DNA of 21,150 nucleotides from Kofleriaceae bacterium (GCA_046597055.1 JBKJLC010000210.1:1-21150), one strand, 5' to 3'; shown: positions 8,451 through 17,884, counted from the stretch's first letter. Made by a program: numbers and translations. Notes: a model not told the origin generated them from the sequence alone.

Positions 8451-10970
8451 TCAGCTCCCCGGCGCGATCCCGAACACGCGCTCGATCGATTGCATCCAGC
8501 TCACCACCGCCGGGCTGCCGACGCCGGCAGCCCGGGCGCGCTTCCACAGCTCGTAGGCGTCGAGGGTGCGGCCCTCGCGGTGGGCGATCACGCCGAGGTT
8601 GACGAGTGACTCGGGAGGCTGGCCGTCGAGCCGCTCGAGCGCCGGCCGCGCGCTCTCGGGCGTGGTCCAGGCCGAGAGCACGATCAGGTTGTGGTCGAGC
8701 CGGGGGTCGCGGCCCGGCGCCCCCGCCGCGCGCGCGGCCTCGAGCGCCCGCCGGGCCCCGCCCGGGTTGCCGCCATCGAGCTCGCCGGCCGCGACCAGCT
8801 GGTGGCACGAGCGAAGCAACTCGCGGGCACGCTGCTGGACCGCGCCGCGCGAACGCCCGACCAGCCGCTCGAGCTGCTTGATCGCCTGCCTGCGCGCGGT
8901 GCGACCGTCCTCGAGGTAGTAGGAGTAGGCGAGGAACAGGTCGAGGCCGAAGCGATCCCACGGCGCCGCCAGCCACGGCAGCGGCCGGTCGCCCAGCTCC
9001 TTGGCCAGCCGCTCGAGGCGGGTGCGGCCGTCGCGGATGCGGCCGCCTGCGATCGCGGCGGCGCCTTGCCCGAACCCCAGCACCCGCTGCTCGTCGGCCG
9101 AGAGCTGCGCGGTCGCGGCCGCCGCCTTGTCGAGATCGGCCGAGGCCTCGTTGACGCGGCCCGCGCCGAGGCGGGCCAGGCCGCGCCGCAGCAAGGCGAG
9201 CGCGCGGTTGCGCGCCAGCGCGTCGGACGTGCCGCCCGCCTTGGCGGCCCGGTCGAGCGCGGCGAACGCCTCGTCGAGCCGCCCGCTCTCGATCATCACC
9301 CCGGCGAGGTCGATGCCGGCGGCCGCGGCCACCGCCGGATCGCCACCGCGCTCCGCCAGCGTCAGCGCCTGCTCGAGCGAGGTCGCGGCCTCGGCGGTCG
9401 CGCCGGCGGCCAGCCGCACGCGCCCGTGCAGCCACCGCACCCGCGGCTCGTCGGGCGCCGCGGCCAGCGCGCGCTCGACCGCGGCGGCCGCGCCCGGATC
9501 ACGGGCCTCGAGCAGGAGCGCGCCGCGGTTGTAGTGAGTCATCGCGGACGCGGCATCGAGCGCGACCGCCTCGTCGAGCGTCGCGCGCGCGGCCGCGACG
9601 TCGCCGGCCGCGACCTCCGCGGTGGCGCGCAGGTTGAGCAGCCCGACCGCGCCGGCGATCGCATCGCGATTGCTGGCATTGGCCGCGAGGGCATCGCGAT
9701 AGCGCGTCAGCGCCTGCGCCGGCGGGCGGCCGCCGCGCTCGAGCGCACGAGCCGCGATCACCAGCAGGCGGGCGCGGACCTTCGGCGCGATCCCGGCGCG
9801 GGCGGCGCCGCCCTCGGCGAGCGCGACCGCGTCGTCGAAGCGGCCGGCCTCGACCTGGGCTCCGGCCAGCTCGGCGACCAGCTCGACGTCGTCGGGGTAG
9901 GCGCGCTGGGCGCGGCCGAGTTCCGCGATCGCCAGCTCGAGATCGGGCGGCCGCCGCCGCAGCGCCAGGCGGCCCCGGCGCAGCCCGACCTCGGGCGTCT
10001 CGCCACGCGCGCGCGCGCGCTGGTACGACGCCTCGGCGGCATCGGGCTCGCCGGCCGCGAGGTGGACGTCGCCGCGCAGCAGCCAGCCGCGGGGCGCCCT
10101 GGGCCGTAGCTCGAGGTAGCGCTCGGCGGCGGCCGCGGCCGCCGGGTGACGACCGAGGCCGAGCAGCGCGACGCCGTGGTTGTAGTGGAGCGCGGCGTCG
10201 GCGGTGCCGCCGCTCTGCGCGATCGCGAGCGCGCAGGCCGTCACCGCCTCGGCGTGGCGGCGCAGCCCGGTGAGCGCGCCGCAGCGCGCGTTGCGCACGG
10301 CGCGACGGGGTCCGGCGCTCAGCGGGCCGGCCGCCAGCGTGACCAGCTGGCGATCCGCCGCGGCGAAGTCGCGCGCGCTGGAGGGCGCGCCACTGGCGGC
10401 GCGGAACAGGTACGCGTAGGCGAGCTTGAGCCTGATCGTACTGTCGGCGGCGGCGAGCGTGGCCGGCCGGGTCGTGAGGAACGCCTGGTAGGCCGCGATC
10501 GCCCGGCCGGCCTGGGCCGGATCGACGAAGGCGCGATCGCCGATCAAGAGATGCAGCGCGTACGCGCGCGGCACCGAGGCGATCACCTGCTCGGCCAGCT
10601 CGACCGCCTCGCGATCGCGCCCGGCACCGCCGAGCAGGACCGCCTTCTTCTCGAGGATCAGCACGTCGCCGGGGCGATGGGTCGCCGCGGTGCCGTCGAT
10701 CCAGCGCAGGCCGCCGGCGAAGTCCCGGCGCAGCGTGAACACGTCAGCGCGCTTGGCGTAGTACGTGGGATCGATGCTGCGCGGCTCGGCGGCGATCGCG
10801 CCATCGTAGAGCGCCGCGGCGTGGCCGTAGTCGCCACGGCCGAACGCCTCGTCGGCCTCGTCGAGGAGCTTCTGCACACCCGCGCTCTGCGCGACGGCCT
10901 CGGATGCGTGCGCGAGCACGAGCACGGACGCGCACGCGAGCGCGATGGACCAAGAACATCGAATCACCAT
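8451..10970 (-). CDS. Secreted multi-TPR protein, 839 aa
   Basis: ATG at 10970 with GGGGGA Shine-Dalgarno; signal peptide MVIRCSWSIALACASVLVLAHASEAVA; many TPR-like units (LHYNHGVALLGLG, WLLRGDVHLAAG, THYNRGALLL, SLVNLGVIAHREG). The upstream part of the 1534-aa ORF is a shadow of the TonB gene. Confidence 0.88.
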   Translation of the reverse strand: MVIRCSWSIALACASVLVLAHASEAVAQSAGVQKLLDEADEAFGRGDYGHAAALYDGAIAAEPRSIDPTYYAKRADVFTLRRDFAGGLRWIDGTAATHRPGDVLILEKKAVLLGGAGRDREAVELAEQVIASVPRAYALHLLIGDRAFVDPAQAGRAIAAYQAFLTTRPATLAAADSTIRLKLAYAYLFRAASGAPSSARDFAAADRQLVTLAAGPLSAGPRRAVRNARCGALTGLRRHAEAVTACALAIAQSGGTADAALHYNHGVALLGLGRHPAAAAAAERYLELRPRAPRGWLLRGDVHLAAGEPDAAEASYQRARARGETPEVGLRRGRLALRRRPPDLELAIAELGRAQRAYPDDVELVAELAGAQVEAGRFDDAVALAEGGAARAGIAPKVRARLLVIAARALERGGRPPAQALTRYRDALAANASNRDAIAGAVGLLNLRATAEVAAGDVAAARATLDEAVALDAASAMTHYNRGALLLEARDPGAAAAVERALAAAPDEPRVRWLHGRVRLAAGATAEAATSLEQALTLAERGGDPAVAAAAGIDLAGVMIESGRLDEAFAALDRAAKAGGTSDALARNRALALLRRGLARLGAGRVNEASADLDKAAAATAQLSADEQRVLGFGQGAAAIAGGRIRDGRTRLERLAKELGDRPLPWLAAPWDRFGLDLFLAYSYYLEDGRTARRQAIKQLERLVGRSRGAVQQRARELLRSCHQLVAAGELDGGNPGGARRALEAARAAGAPGRDPRLDHNLIVLSAWTTPESARPALERLDGQPPESLVNLGVIAHREGRTLDAYELWKRARAAGVGSPAVVSWMQSIERVFGIAPGS

Positions 10971-10992
10971 GCGTTCCCCCCGAGCGGCGCGC

Positions 10993-11022
10993 TTGACGAG
11001 CCGGACACTACCACCGTAGCGT
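10993..11022 (+). promoter_or_regulatory. sigma70-type promoter for the TonB-dependent receptor, overlapping a divergent extended -10 for the TPR gene
   Basis: TTGACG (10993-10998), 18-nt spacer, TAGCGT (11017-11022), 8 nt before ATG 11031; on the minus strand TGgTAGTGT at 11005-11013. Confidence 0.55.
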
Positions 11023-11030
11023 TCATCTCG

Positions 11031-13121
11031 ATGAGGGGACCGACGGGAGTCGTTCGTCTCGGGGTCGCGACCGCGTTGGCGGCCAGCACGGGAATCGTCC
11101 GTGCCCAGGGCGTGCCGCCGGAGGTCGAGATCCCGAGCTACACCGACGCCATCAACAAGACGACCGACGACGACGATGGAGGCGACGACGCTCCGGGCTC
11201 GCTCGCGCTCGACGACGTCATCCGCACCTCGGTGTACTCGGTGTCGCGCAAGCCGCAGCTGGTCCGCGAGTCGCCGGGCGTCGTCACCGTGGTCACCCGC
11301 GAGGAGATCCTCGCGACCGGTGCCCGCGATCTCAACGACGTCCTGATGCTGGTGCCCAGCATCAGCTTCGCCGTCGACGTGCAGGGCGTGGTCGGCATCG
11401 GCTTCCGCGGCAACTGGGCCGCCGAGGGCAAGGTGCTGTTCCTGGTCGACGGCCTCGAGCTCAACGAACGCCTGTACTCGGGCGTCGAGTGGAGCAACCA
11501 CATCCCGGTCGATCACATCGAGCGCATCGAGGTGATCCGAGGCCCGGGCTCGTCGATCTACGGTGGCTACGCCGAGATGGCGGTGATCAACATCGTGACC
11601 CGCACCGGCAAGGAGCTGCGGGGCGCGTCGGCCTCGGTCGCGTTCGGGCGCTTCGTCGGTGGCAGCGGCGCGGTGGCCCGGTCCAACCTCGGGATCGAGC
11701 TTGGGGATCACCGGGACGGGGTGACCTGGTCGGTGTCGGGCCTGCTCGGCCGGGGCAGCCGCAGCGATCTCGCGTACGCACCGCCGCCGCCGCCACCGGG
11801 CGAGCCGGGCGTCCCCGCGTTCTCGCTCGAGGACAGCGCTCGCCTCGATCCCACGTACCTGGCCGGCAGCATCAGCTGGCGCGGCCTGACCGTGCGCGGG
11901 CTCTACGACGGGTTCCACAGCACCAACCGCGACGGGTTCGGCGTCGCGAGCCCGGCGGCGAACGACCTCGACTTTACCGGCTACTTCGCCGACCTGCAGT
12001 ACGAGCGGCGGGTGTCCAACCGGCTGACGATCACGCCGCGGCTGAGCTACAAGCGGCAGCTGCCCTGGCGCGACGGCGACGTCGCGTCCGACTACCACTA
12101 CGACAAGACCGCCGAGCGTATCCTCGGCAGCGTGACCGCGTCGTGGGATCCCCGCGACGATCTCAACGTGCTCGCCGGCGCCGAGGGCTTCCGCGATCAG
12201 GCCAAGCTCAACAGCGACCAGCTGGTCGGGTTGCAGTCGGCGTTCGGCGAGGACGGCGCGACCTCCATCTCGTACGTCAACGTCGCCGGGTTCGCGCAGG
12301 GCACGCTCAGCCACCGCCTGGCCAACCTGACCGTCGGGTCCCGGGTCGAGAACCACAGCCAGTTCGGCCTGTCGTTCGTGCCCCGGATCGGCCTCACCCG
12401 GGTCGCCGGCCGGTTCCACGTCAAGCTGCTCGCCGCGCGCGCCTTCCGCGCCCCCGCGATCGAGAATATCAACACCAACCCGATGCTGACGCCCGAGCGC
12501 ACCACGGTGCTCGAGGTCGAGACCGGCTATCAGCTCGCCGACAACGCGCTGGTCAGCATCAACCTGTTCGACATCACGATCGGCGATCCGATCGTCTTCA
12601 CCGTGGAGGGCGAGGACGAGGCGTACCTCAACCAGGACCAGGCCGGCAGCCGCGGCGGCGAGGTCGACCTCAAGGTGCGCGGCAGCCGCGGCTTCGTGGT
12701 CGCCAGCGCGTCGGCCTACACCGCGCAGGGAAAAAACCGGGTCGATCTGTACGAGGTGCCCGGCGAGCAGCATGCCGTGCTCGGCCTGCCGGTGCTCAAG
12801 CTGACCGGCGCCGCCTCGCTCGCGATCTGGCGCGGCCTGAGCGTGGGCCCGTCGCTGGTGGTCATGAGCCGCCGCTACGGCGTCGAGCCCGACGACCTGG
12901 AGACCCTCCAGGTCGTCTCGCAAGCGCCGGCGCTGCTGGTGAACGGGTTCGTGCGCTACGCCGATCTCGGCGTGAAGGGCCTCGAGCTCGGCGTCGGCGT
13001 CTACAACGCGCTCAACGTGGACTACCGGTTCGTGCAGCCATATGCCGGCGGTCATCCGTCGCTGCCGGCGCCGTCGCGTGAGCTGTTCGCGCGGCTCGGC
13101 TTCGAGATGGGCTTCCGCTGA
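11031..13121 (+). CDS. TonB-dependent outer-membrane receptor, 696 aa
   Basis: Signal peptide MRGPTGVVRLGVATALAASTGIVRA; plug domain (SVSRKPQLVRESPGVVTVVTREEI, LFLVDG, IERIEVIRGPGSSIYG); barrel motifs AFRAP, LTPE and GVYNALN; amphipathic C-terminal strand. Confidence 0.93.
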   Translation: MRGPTGVVRLGVATALAASTGIVRAQGVPPEVEIPSYTDAINKTTDDDDGGDDAPGSLALDDVIRTSVYSVSRKPQLVRESPGVVTVVTREEILATGARDLNDVLMLVPSISFAVDVQGVVGIGFRGNWAAEGKVLFLVDGLELNERLYSGVEWSNHIPVDHIERIEVIRGPGSSIYGGYAEMAVINIVTRTGKELRGASASVAFGRFVGGSGAVARSNLGIELGDHRDGVTWSVSGLLGRGSRSDLAYAPPPPPPGEPGVPAFSLEDSARLDPTYLAGSISWRGLTVRGLYDGFHSTNRDGFGVASPAANDLDFTGYFADLQYERRVSNRLTITPRLSYKRQLPWRDGDVASDYHYDKTAERILGSVTASWDPRDDLNVLAGAEGFRDQAKLNSDQLVGLQSAFGEDGATSISYVNVAGFAQGTLSHRLANLTVGSRVENHSQFGLSFVPRIGLTRVAGRFHVKLLAARAFRAPAIENINTNPMLTPERTTVLEVETGYQLADNALVSINLFDITIGDPIVFTVEGEDEAYLNQDQAGSRGGEVDLKVRGSRGFVVASASAYTAQGKNRVDLYEVPGEQHAVLGLPVLKLTGAASLAIWRGLSVGPSLVVMSRRYGVEPDDLETLQVVSQAPALLVNGFVRYADLGVKGLELGVGVYNALNVDYRFVQPYAGGHPSLPAPSRELFARLGFEMGFR

Positions 13122-13143
13122 CGGCGGTGCGCCGCCAACCAGC

Positions 13144-13650
13144 TCAGCGCAGGGGCGCGGCGTGGTCGGTCTCGGACGGCACGTTCCGGCGCGGCTCGTT
13201 CTCCATCAGCTCCATGAACATCGTGGCCATGTCGCCACCGAGGCCATCCAGCTCGTCCTTGCTCAGCAGCTTGCGCACCTTGGGGAAGAGCTCGCCCTCC
13301 TCCTCCTCGCGGGCGTGGTGCTCGACCTGCTCCTTCATGACCGAGAGCTTGGCGTCGAACTCCTCGTCCTCGACCTTGAGCTCCATCAGGTCGGCGAGCA
13401 CGCGCTTGACCGACAGGTGCTCCTCGACCGACTCGAGCAAGAGATCCTGGGTCGGCTTGGCCATCACGGCCGGGTAGAACAGTTTCTCCTCGATCGTCGC
13501 GTGGGCAGCCAGACAGTCGGCCAGCTTGATGAAGAGCTGTGACTTCGCGGCAGGGTCCTCCGCCGCTTCGATCTGGGTGAACAGCTCGTCGACCTCGTCG
13601 TGCTGCTCGGTCAGTAGCTCCAGGGCGTCCATCGCATCGCCATTTTTCAT
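13144..13650 (-). CDS. Hemerythrin/HHE cation-binding domain protein (alternative start 13632)
   Basis: MDALELLTEQHDEV, AHATIEEKLFYPA, EEH, HHAREEEGELFP: His/Glu di-iron ligand pattern. Confidence 0.92.
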   Translation of the reverse strand: MKNGDAMDALELLTEQHDEVDELFTQIEAAEDPAAKSQLFIKLADCLAAHATIEEKLFYPAVMAKPTQDLLLESVEEHLSVKRVLADLMELKVEDEEFDAKLSVMKEQVEHHAREEEEGELFPKVRKLLSKDELDGLGGDMATMFMELMENEPRRNVPSETDHAAPLR

Positions 13651-13662
13651 ACCAGATAGCAA

Positions 13663-13679
13663 TGCACTGCCCGTACCAG
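13663..13679 (-). promoter_or_regulatory. sigma54 (-24/-12) promoter candidate for the hemerythrin gene
   Basis: Minus strand CTGGTACGGGCAGTGCA against consensus TGGCACG-N4-TTGCW: exact GG-N10-GC spacing, 2 mismatches, in a relatively AT-rich intergenic region. Confidence 0.6.
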
Positions 13680-13827
13680 CGCGTGTCCAGAAATTCCGGC
13701 TACATCTGCATGCCCTACCGTTGACCACACGCGCGGTGTGGCAGGGCTCCACGCCGTGCGCGGTGGTGGCGTCGATTTTTGGTGAGCTATCGTGCCGGGC
13801 CGCGCGGTCGGTCGCTCGCTCTGACCC

Positions 13828-15078
13828 ATGAACCTGCTGCGCCGCCATCCTGCCTTTCGCCGCCTGTGGGCGGCCGGCGCGATCTCGCTGGTCGGCGACT
13901 GGCTCAGCTTCGTCGCGGTCAGCGTGCTGGCGCTGACCTCGGGCGGTGGCGCGCTCGGCCTCGCGCTGGTGTTCTCGGCCCACCTGCTGCCGGGCGCGCT
14001 GCTCGCGCCGTTCGCGGGCGCGCTGGTCGATCGCTTCGATCGGCGCAAGGTGCTGGTGCTCGCCGATCTGATCGCGGGCGGGCTCACCGCCGCGATGGCG
14101 CTGGCCGCGGCCGCCGGCTGGCTGGCGGTGGTCCAGTTGCTCCTGCTCGCGCGCAGCGCGGTCAGCGCGATCGTGCCGCCCGGCGAGTCGGCGGCGGTGC
14201 GCCGGCTGGTGCCGCTCGAAGATCTGGTGCCGGCCAACGCGATCCTCGCCGCCACCTGGAGCGTCGCCTACGTCGCGGGCATGGCGCTCGGCGGGGCCGC
14301 CGCCCTGCTGGGGCCGACCCTCGCGCTGCTGCTCGATGCGGTGTCGTTCCTGGTCGCCGCCGCGGTGCACGCGACCTTGCCGCCGATCCCGGTCGCGGCC
14401 GACCGCCACGCCCGCGTGCTCGACATCGTGCGCGCGACCCCGCGCGACACCGTGTTCGCGGTGCGCTTCGCCGCCGGCCACCGGCCGTTGCTGGCCGCGG
14501 TGCTCGGCAAGATGCCGCTCGGGATGGCCGGCGGCGCGGCCTGGATCGCGCTCAACCTGATCGGCGCCTCGGCCCAGCCGTTCGGCGCGGCCGCCCTGTC
14601 CTTCGGCGTGCTCCAGGCCGTGCGCGGCGCCGGCACCGGCATCGGCCCGGCGGTCGCGACCTGGCTGGCGCGGCGGGGGGTGCGCGAAGCGACCCTGCAG
14701 AACGCCGCGCGGGTGACGATGTTCGCCGCGGTCGCCGCGCTGGCGCTCGCCCGCGATCCGCTCGGCCTGTGCGCGTGCGCGCTGGTCTGGGGCATCGGCA
14801 CCGGCACCAACTGGGTGATGTCGCACGCGGCGATCCAGCGCCACGCCAACGACGCGGTGATCGGTCGCCTGGCGGCGTTCGACGAGCTGCTGGTGACCGG
14901 GGCGATGGTCGCGAGCGCGCTGACCGGCGCGGTGATCGCCGACGCCAGCGGCCCCAGCGCCGCGGCGCTGACCGGGGTCGGGCTCGGCATCGCCGCGTTG
15001 ACCGTGGCCGCCCTGATCGCGCGCCGGGCGCCCCGGTCGCGCGTTGAGGCGCCATCAAGCGCTACAGTCGCGGCATGA
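13828..15078 (+). CDS. MFS transporter (DHA3/MFS_3, macrolide-efflux-like family)
   Basis: FRRLWAAGAISLVGDW N-terminus, motif A GALVDRFDRRKVL, about 12 hydrophobic segments. Confidence 0.9.
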   Translation: MNLLRRHPAFRRLWAAGAISLVGDWLSFVAVSVLALTSGGGALGLALVFSAHLLPGALLAPFAGALVDRFDRRKVLVLADLIAGGLTAAMALAAAAGWLAVVQLLLLARSAVSAIVPPGESAAVRRLVPLEDLVPANAILAATWSVAYVAGMALGGAAALLGPTLALLLDAVSFLVAAAVHATLPPIPVAADRHARVLDIVRATPRDTVFAVRFAAGHRPLLAAVLGKMPLGMAGGAAWIALNLIGASAQPFGAAALSFGVLQAVRGAGTGIGPAVATWLARRGVREATLQNAARVTMFAAVAALALARDPLGLCACALVWGIGTGTNWVMSHAAIQRHANDAVIGRLAAFDELLVTGAMVASALTGAVIADASGPSAAALTGVGLGIAALTVAALIARRAPRSRVEAPSSATVAA

Positions 15079-16496
15079 GCGGATCCGATGTCCTGGCTCG
15101 GCTGCGCGCGCTCGGCGACGACCTGATCTCGACCGCGCCCGACGACCTCGCCGCCTACGGACGTGACTGGACCAAGGTGTTCGCCCCGGCGCCGGTCGCG
15201 CTGGCCCGGCCCCGCTCGACCGCCGAGGTCGCGGCGGTGCTCCGCACCTGCAGCGAGGTCGGCCTCGCGGTGGTGCCGTCGGGCGGCCGCACCGGCCTGG
15301 CCGGCGGGGCGGTCGCGGCCCACGGCGAGCTGGTGCTGTCACTCGAGCGCATGCGCGCGATCGCGCCGGTCGATGTCCTGGGCGGCACCGTGCGCGCGCA
15401 GGCCGGCGCGGTCACCGCCGCGGTCCACGCCCACTGCGAGCCCCACGGGCTGACCTGGCCGGTCGACTTCGCGTCGAAGGGCTCGAGCCACATCGGCGGC
15501 AACATCGCCACCAACGCCGGCGGCGTGAAGGTGATCCGCTACGGGCTGACCCGCAACTGGGTGCTCGGCCTCGAGGTCGTGCTGATCGACGGCACCGTGC
15601 TCGAGCTCGGCGGCGCCCTCGAGAAGGACAACACCGGCATCGATCTGCGCCAGCTGTTCATCGGCTCCGAGGGCATCCTCGGCGTGATCACCGCGGCGAC
15701 GCTCAAGCTGGCGCCGCTGCCGCGCAACCTCGACGTGATGATCTTCGCGGTCGATGGTCTGCCCGGCGTGCTGCGGCTGTTCCGCGAGGTCCGCCAGAGC
15801 GGGCTGACCCTGGCCGCGTTCGAGTTCTTCACCCAGCGCTGCCTCGACCGGCTGCTGCGCCACCGCGATCTCCGCGCGCCGTTCGACCGGCCCGCCGACC
15901 ACTACGTGCTGATCGAGGTCGAGGACGCCGCCGACGACGCGCTCGAGGCGTGGGTGGCCGGCGTGTTCGAGCACGAGCTCGCGGTCGACGGCGTCCACGC
16001 CCAGGGTCCGCGCCAGGCCGCCGAGCTGTGGACCCTGCGCGAGGGCATCAGCGAGAGCCTGTCGGCGACCGGGCTGCCGCACAAGAACGACATCTCGCTG
16101 CCGGTCGCCGCGCTCGAGGCCTTCTGCAGCGAGCTCGACGCCGTGCTCGCCGCCGGCTACCCGGGCTGGGAGCTGTGCCTGTTCGGGCACATCGGCGATG
16201 GCAACCTGCACGTCAACATCATGAAGCCCGACGACCTCGACCCCGCCGAGTTCCGGCGCCGCACCAAGGAGGCCGACCACGATCTGTTCCGACTCGTGCA
16301 GCGCCACGCCGGCAGCATCTCGGCCGAGCACGGCATCGGCCTGCTGAAGCGCGACTATCTCGGCTACCGGCGGTCGCCCGACGAGCTTCGGCTGATGGCC
16401 GCCCTCAAGCAGGTGTTCGATCCACGCGGGCTGCTGAATCCGGGCAAGGTGCTGCCGGCGGCGGCGCCGGGGGATGCTGGGCGCCGCGGGGGCTGA
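15075..16496 (+). CDS. FAD-linked 2-hydroxyacid dehydrogenase (VAO/PCMH family), likely D-2-hydroxyglutarate dehydrogenase
   Basis: PSGGRTGLAGG, IGGNIATNAGG, FIGSEGILGVIT, KNDISLP, FGHIGDGNLH, SAEHGIG, DPRGLLNPGK; adjacent to serA. Confidence 0.85.
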   Translation: MSGSDVLARLRALGDDLISTAPDDLAAYGRDWTKVFAPAPVALARPRSTAEVAAVLRTCSEVGLAVVPSGGRTGLAGGAVAAHGELVLSLERMRAIAPVDVLGGTVRAQAGAVTAAVHAHCEPHGLTWPVDFASKGSSHIGGNIATNAGGVKVIRYGLTRNWVLGLEVVLIDGTVLELGGALEKDNTGIDLRQLFIGSEGILGVITAATLKLAPLPRNLDVMIFAVDGLPGVLRLFREVRQSGLTLAAFEFFTQRCLDRLLRHRDLRAPFDRPADHYVLIEVEDAADDALEAWVAGVFEHELAVDGVHAQGPRQAAELWTLREGISESLSATGLPHKNDISLPVAALEAFCSELDAVLAAGYPGWELCLFGHIGDGNLHVNIMKPDDLDPAEFRRRTKEADHDLFRLVQRHAGSISAEHGIGLLKRDYLGYRRSPDELRLMAALKQVFDPRGLLNPGKVLPAAAPGDAGRRGG

Positions 16497-16597
16497 CGCC
16501 CGGCCGGGCCGGATGCTGGCGGTGGTGCGGGCGGATCAGGGATGACCGCGTACGGACGCACCGGCAAGCTCGCGCGCGGGACGACCGGGGGCGACCG

Positions 16598-17839
16598 TCA
16601 CTCCGGTGCGTAGAGCATGCGGGTCTTGATGCTGGTCTCGAGGGCCGTGACCGCCTTCTTCACCTCGTGCGAGACCGCCTGGTCGAGGTCCATCACGAGG
16701 TACCCGATGCTGGGATCGGTGCCGAGGATCTGCGCGTGGATGTTGGCGCCGACGTCCGAGATGATCCGCGTGATGTCGCGGATCACGCCGGGCACGTTGC
16801 GATGCACGTTGAGGATGCGGTGGGTGCTGCGGGCCTGGATCAGCTCGAGCTGGGGGAAGTTGACCGCACCGGTGGTGGCCCCGGTGTTGACGAACTTCAC
16901 GAGCGAGTTGGCGACCTCGCGGCCGATCGCAGCCTGGGCCTCCTCGGTCGAGCCGCCGATGTGCGGGGTGAGGACCACGTTGGGCAGGTTGCGCAGCACC
17001 GAGGCGAAGCCGTCGGAGTTGGCCTCGGGCTCCTCGGGATAGACGTCGATCGCGGCGCCGCCGACGTGGCCGATCGAGATCGCGGCGGCCAGGGCGTCGA
17101 GGTCGACCACGGTGCCGCGGCTGGCGTTCAGGAGGCAGCCGCCCGGCCTCATGCGCGCCAGCTGGTCGGCGCCGATCATGCCGCGGGTCTGCGGGGTCTC
17201 GGGCACGTGGAGCGTGACGAAGTCCGACGAGCCCAGCAGCTCGTCGAGGGTCGCCACCGGGTGGTTGTTGCCCATCGGCAGCCGCGAGCCGACGTCGTAG
17301 AACATGACCTGCATGCCGACCATCTCGGCGAGCACGCCGACCTGGCGGCCAATGTGGCCGTAGCCGACGATGCCCAAGGTCTTGTTGCGGATCTCGTGAC
17401 AGCCGACCGCGACCTTCTTCCAGGTGCCGGTGTGGACCTCGCGCGAGCGGTCGAACAGCTGGCGCGACAGGATGATCACCTCGGCGATCACCATCTCGGC
17501 GACCGAGCGCGTGTTCGAGAACGGCGCGTTGAACACCGGCGCGCCCCGGCGGTTGGCGTGGGCGAGATCGATCTGGTTGGTGCCGATGCAGAACGCGCCG
17601 ACCGCGAGCAGCCGGCGGGCCTCGTCGAGGGCGGGACCGGTGACCTGGGTCTTCGACCGGATGCCCAGGATGTGGACGTCGCGGATGCGCTGGGCCAGCT
17701 CGGCCTCCTTGAGCGCGCCCTTCACTCGCTCGACCTGGAACCCCTCGGCGCCGAAGATCTCGTCGGCGCTCGGGTGCACGTTCTCGAGGAGAAGGACCTT
17801 GATGTCCCCCTTGGGAAATGACGTCACGGGGAGGGTCAC
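16598..17839 (-). CDS. serA: D-3-phosphoglycerate dehydrogenase, E. coli-like type with C-terminal ACT domain
   Basis: LLLENVHP, GIRSKT, FCIGTNQ, NAPFSNTRSVAE, GIVGYGHIG, NASRG, PHIGGSTEEAQ; ACT domain with HRNVPG and GANI; GTG start. Confidence 0.96.
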   Translation of the reverse strand: MTLPVTSFPKGDIKVLLLENVHPSADEIFGAEGFQVERVKGALKEAELAQRIRDVHILGIRSKTQVTGPALDEARRLLAVGAFCIGTNQIDLAHANRRGAPVFNAPFSNTRSVAEMVIAEVIILSRQLFDRSREVHTGTWKKVAVGCHEIRNKTLGIVGYGHIGRQVGVLAEMVGMQVMFYDVGSRLPMGNNHPVATLDELLGSSDFVTLHVPETPQTRGMIGADQLARMRPGGCLLNASRGTVVDLDALAAAISIGHVGGAAIDVYPEEPEANSDGFASVLRNLPNVVLTPHIGGSTEEAQAAIGREVANSLVKFVNTGATTGAVNFPQLELIQARSTHRILNVHRNVPGVIRDITRIISDVGANIHAQILGTDPSIGYLVMDLDQAVSHEVKKAVTALETSIKTRMLYAPE

Positions 17840-17884
17840 GCCGGCACGCTAGCGCATCCGCCCCGCACTGCGGCGATGAAGACG

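Noticed and set aside
11779..11799. CCG run in the TonB receptor as a phase-variable repeat
   Set aside because: In-frame, interrupted poly-Pro loop (PPPPPP); triplet changes would not switch frame.
10971..13055. Apparent 1534-aa TPR protein and 991-aa TonB receptor overlapping each other
   Set aside because: The extensions are mutual antisense shadows; signal peptides start at 10970 (-) and 11031 (+).
13651..14844. 566-aa ORF as a long hemerythrin fusion
   Set aside because: The upstream portion is antisense to the MFS gene; the hemerythrin domain and its promoter start near 13650.
16497..16597. Intrinsic terminator between the convergent dehydrogenase and serA genes
   Set aside because: Only short GC palindromes (CCCGGCCGGG) with no U-tract on either strand.
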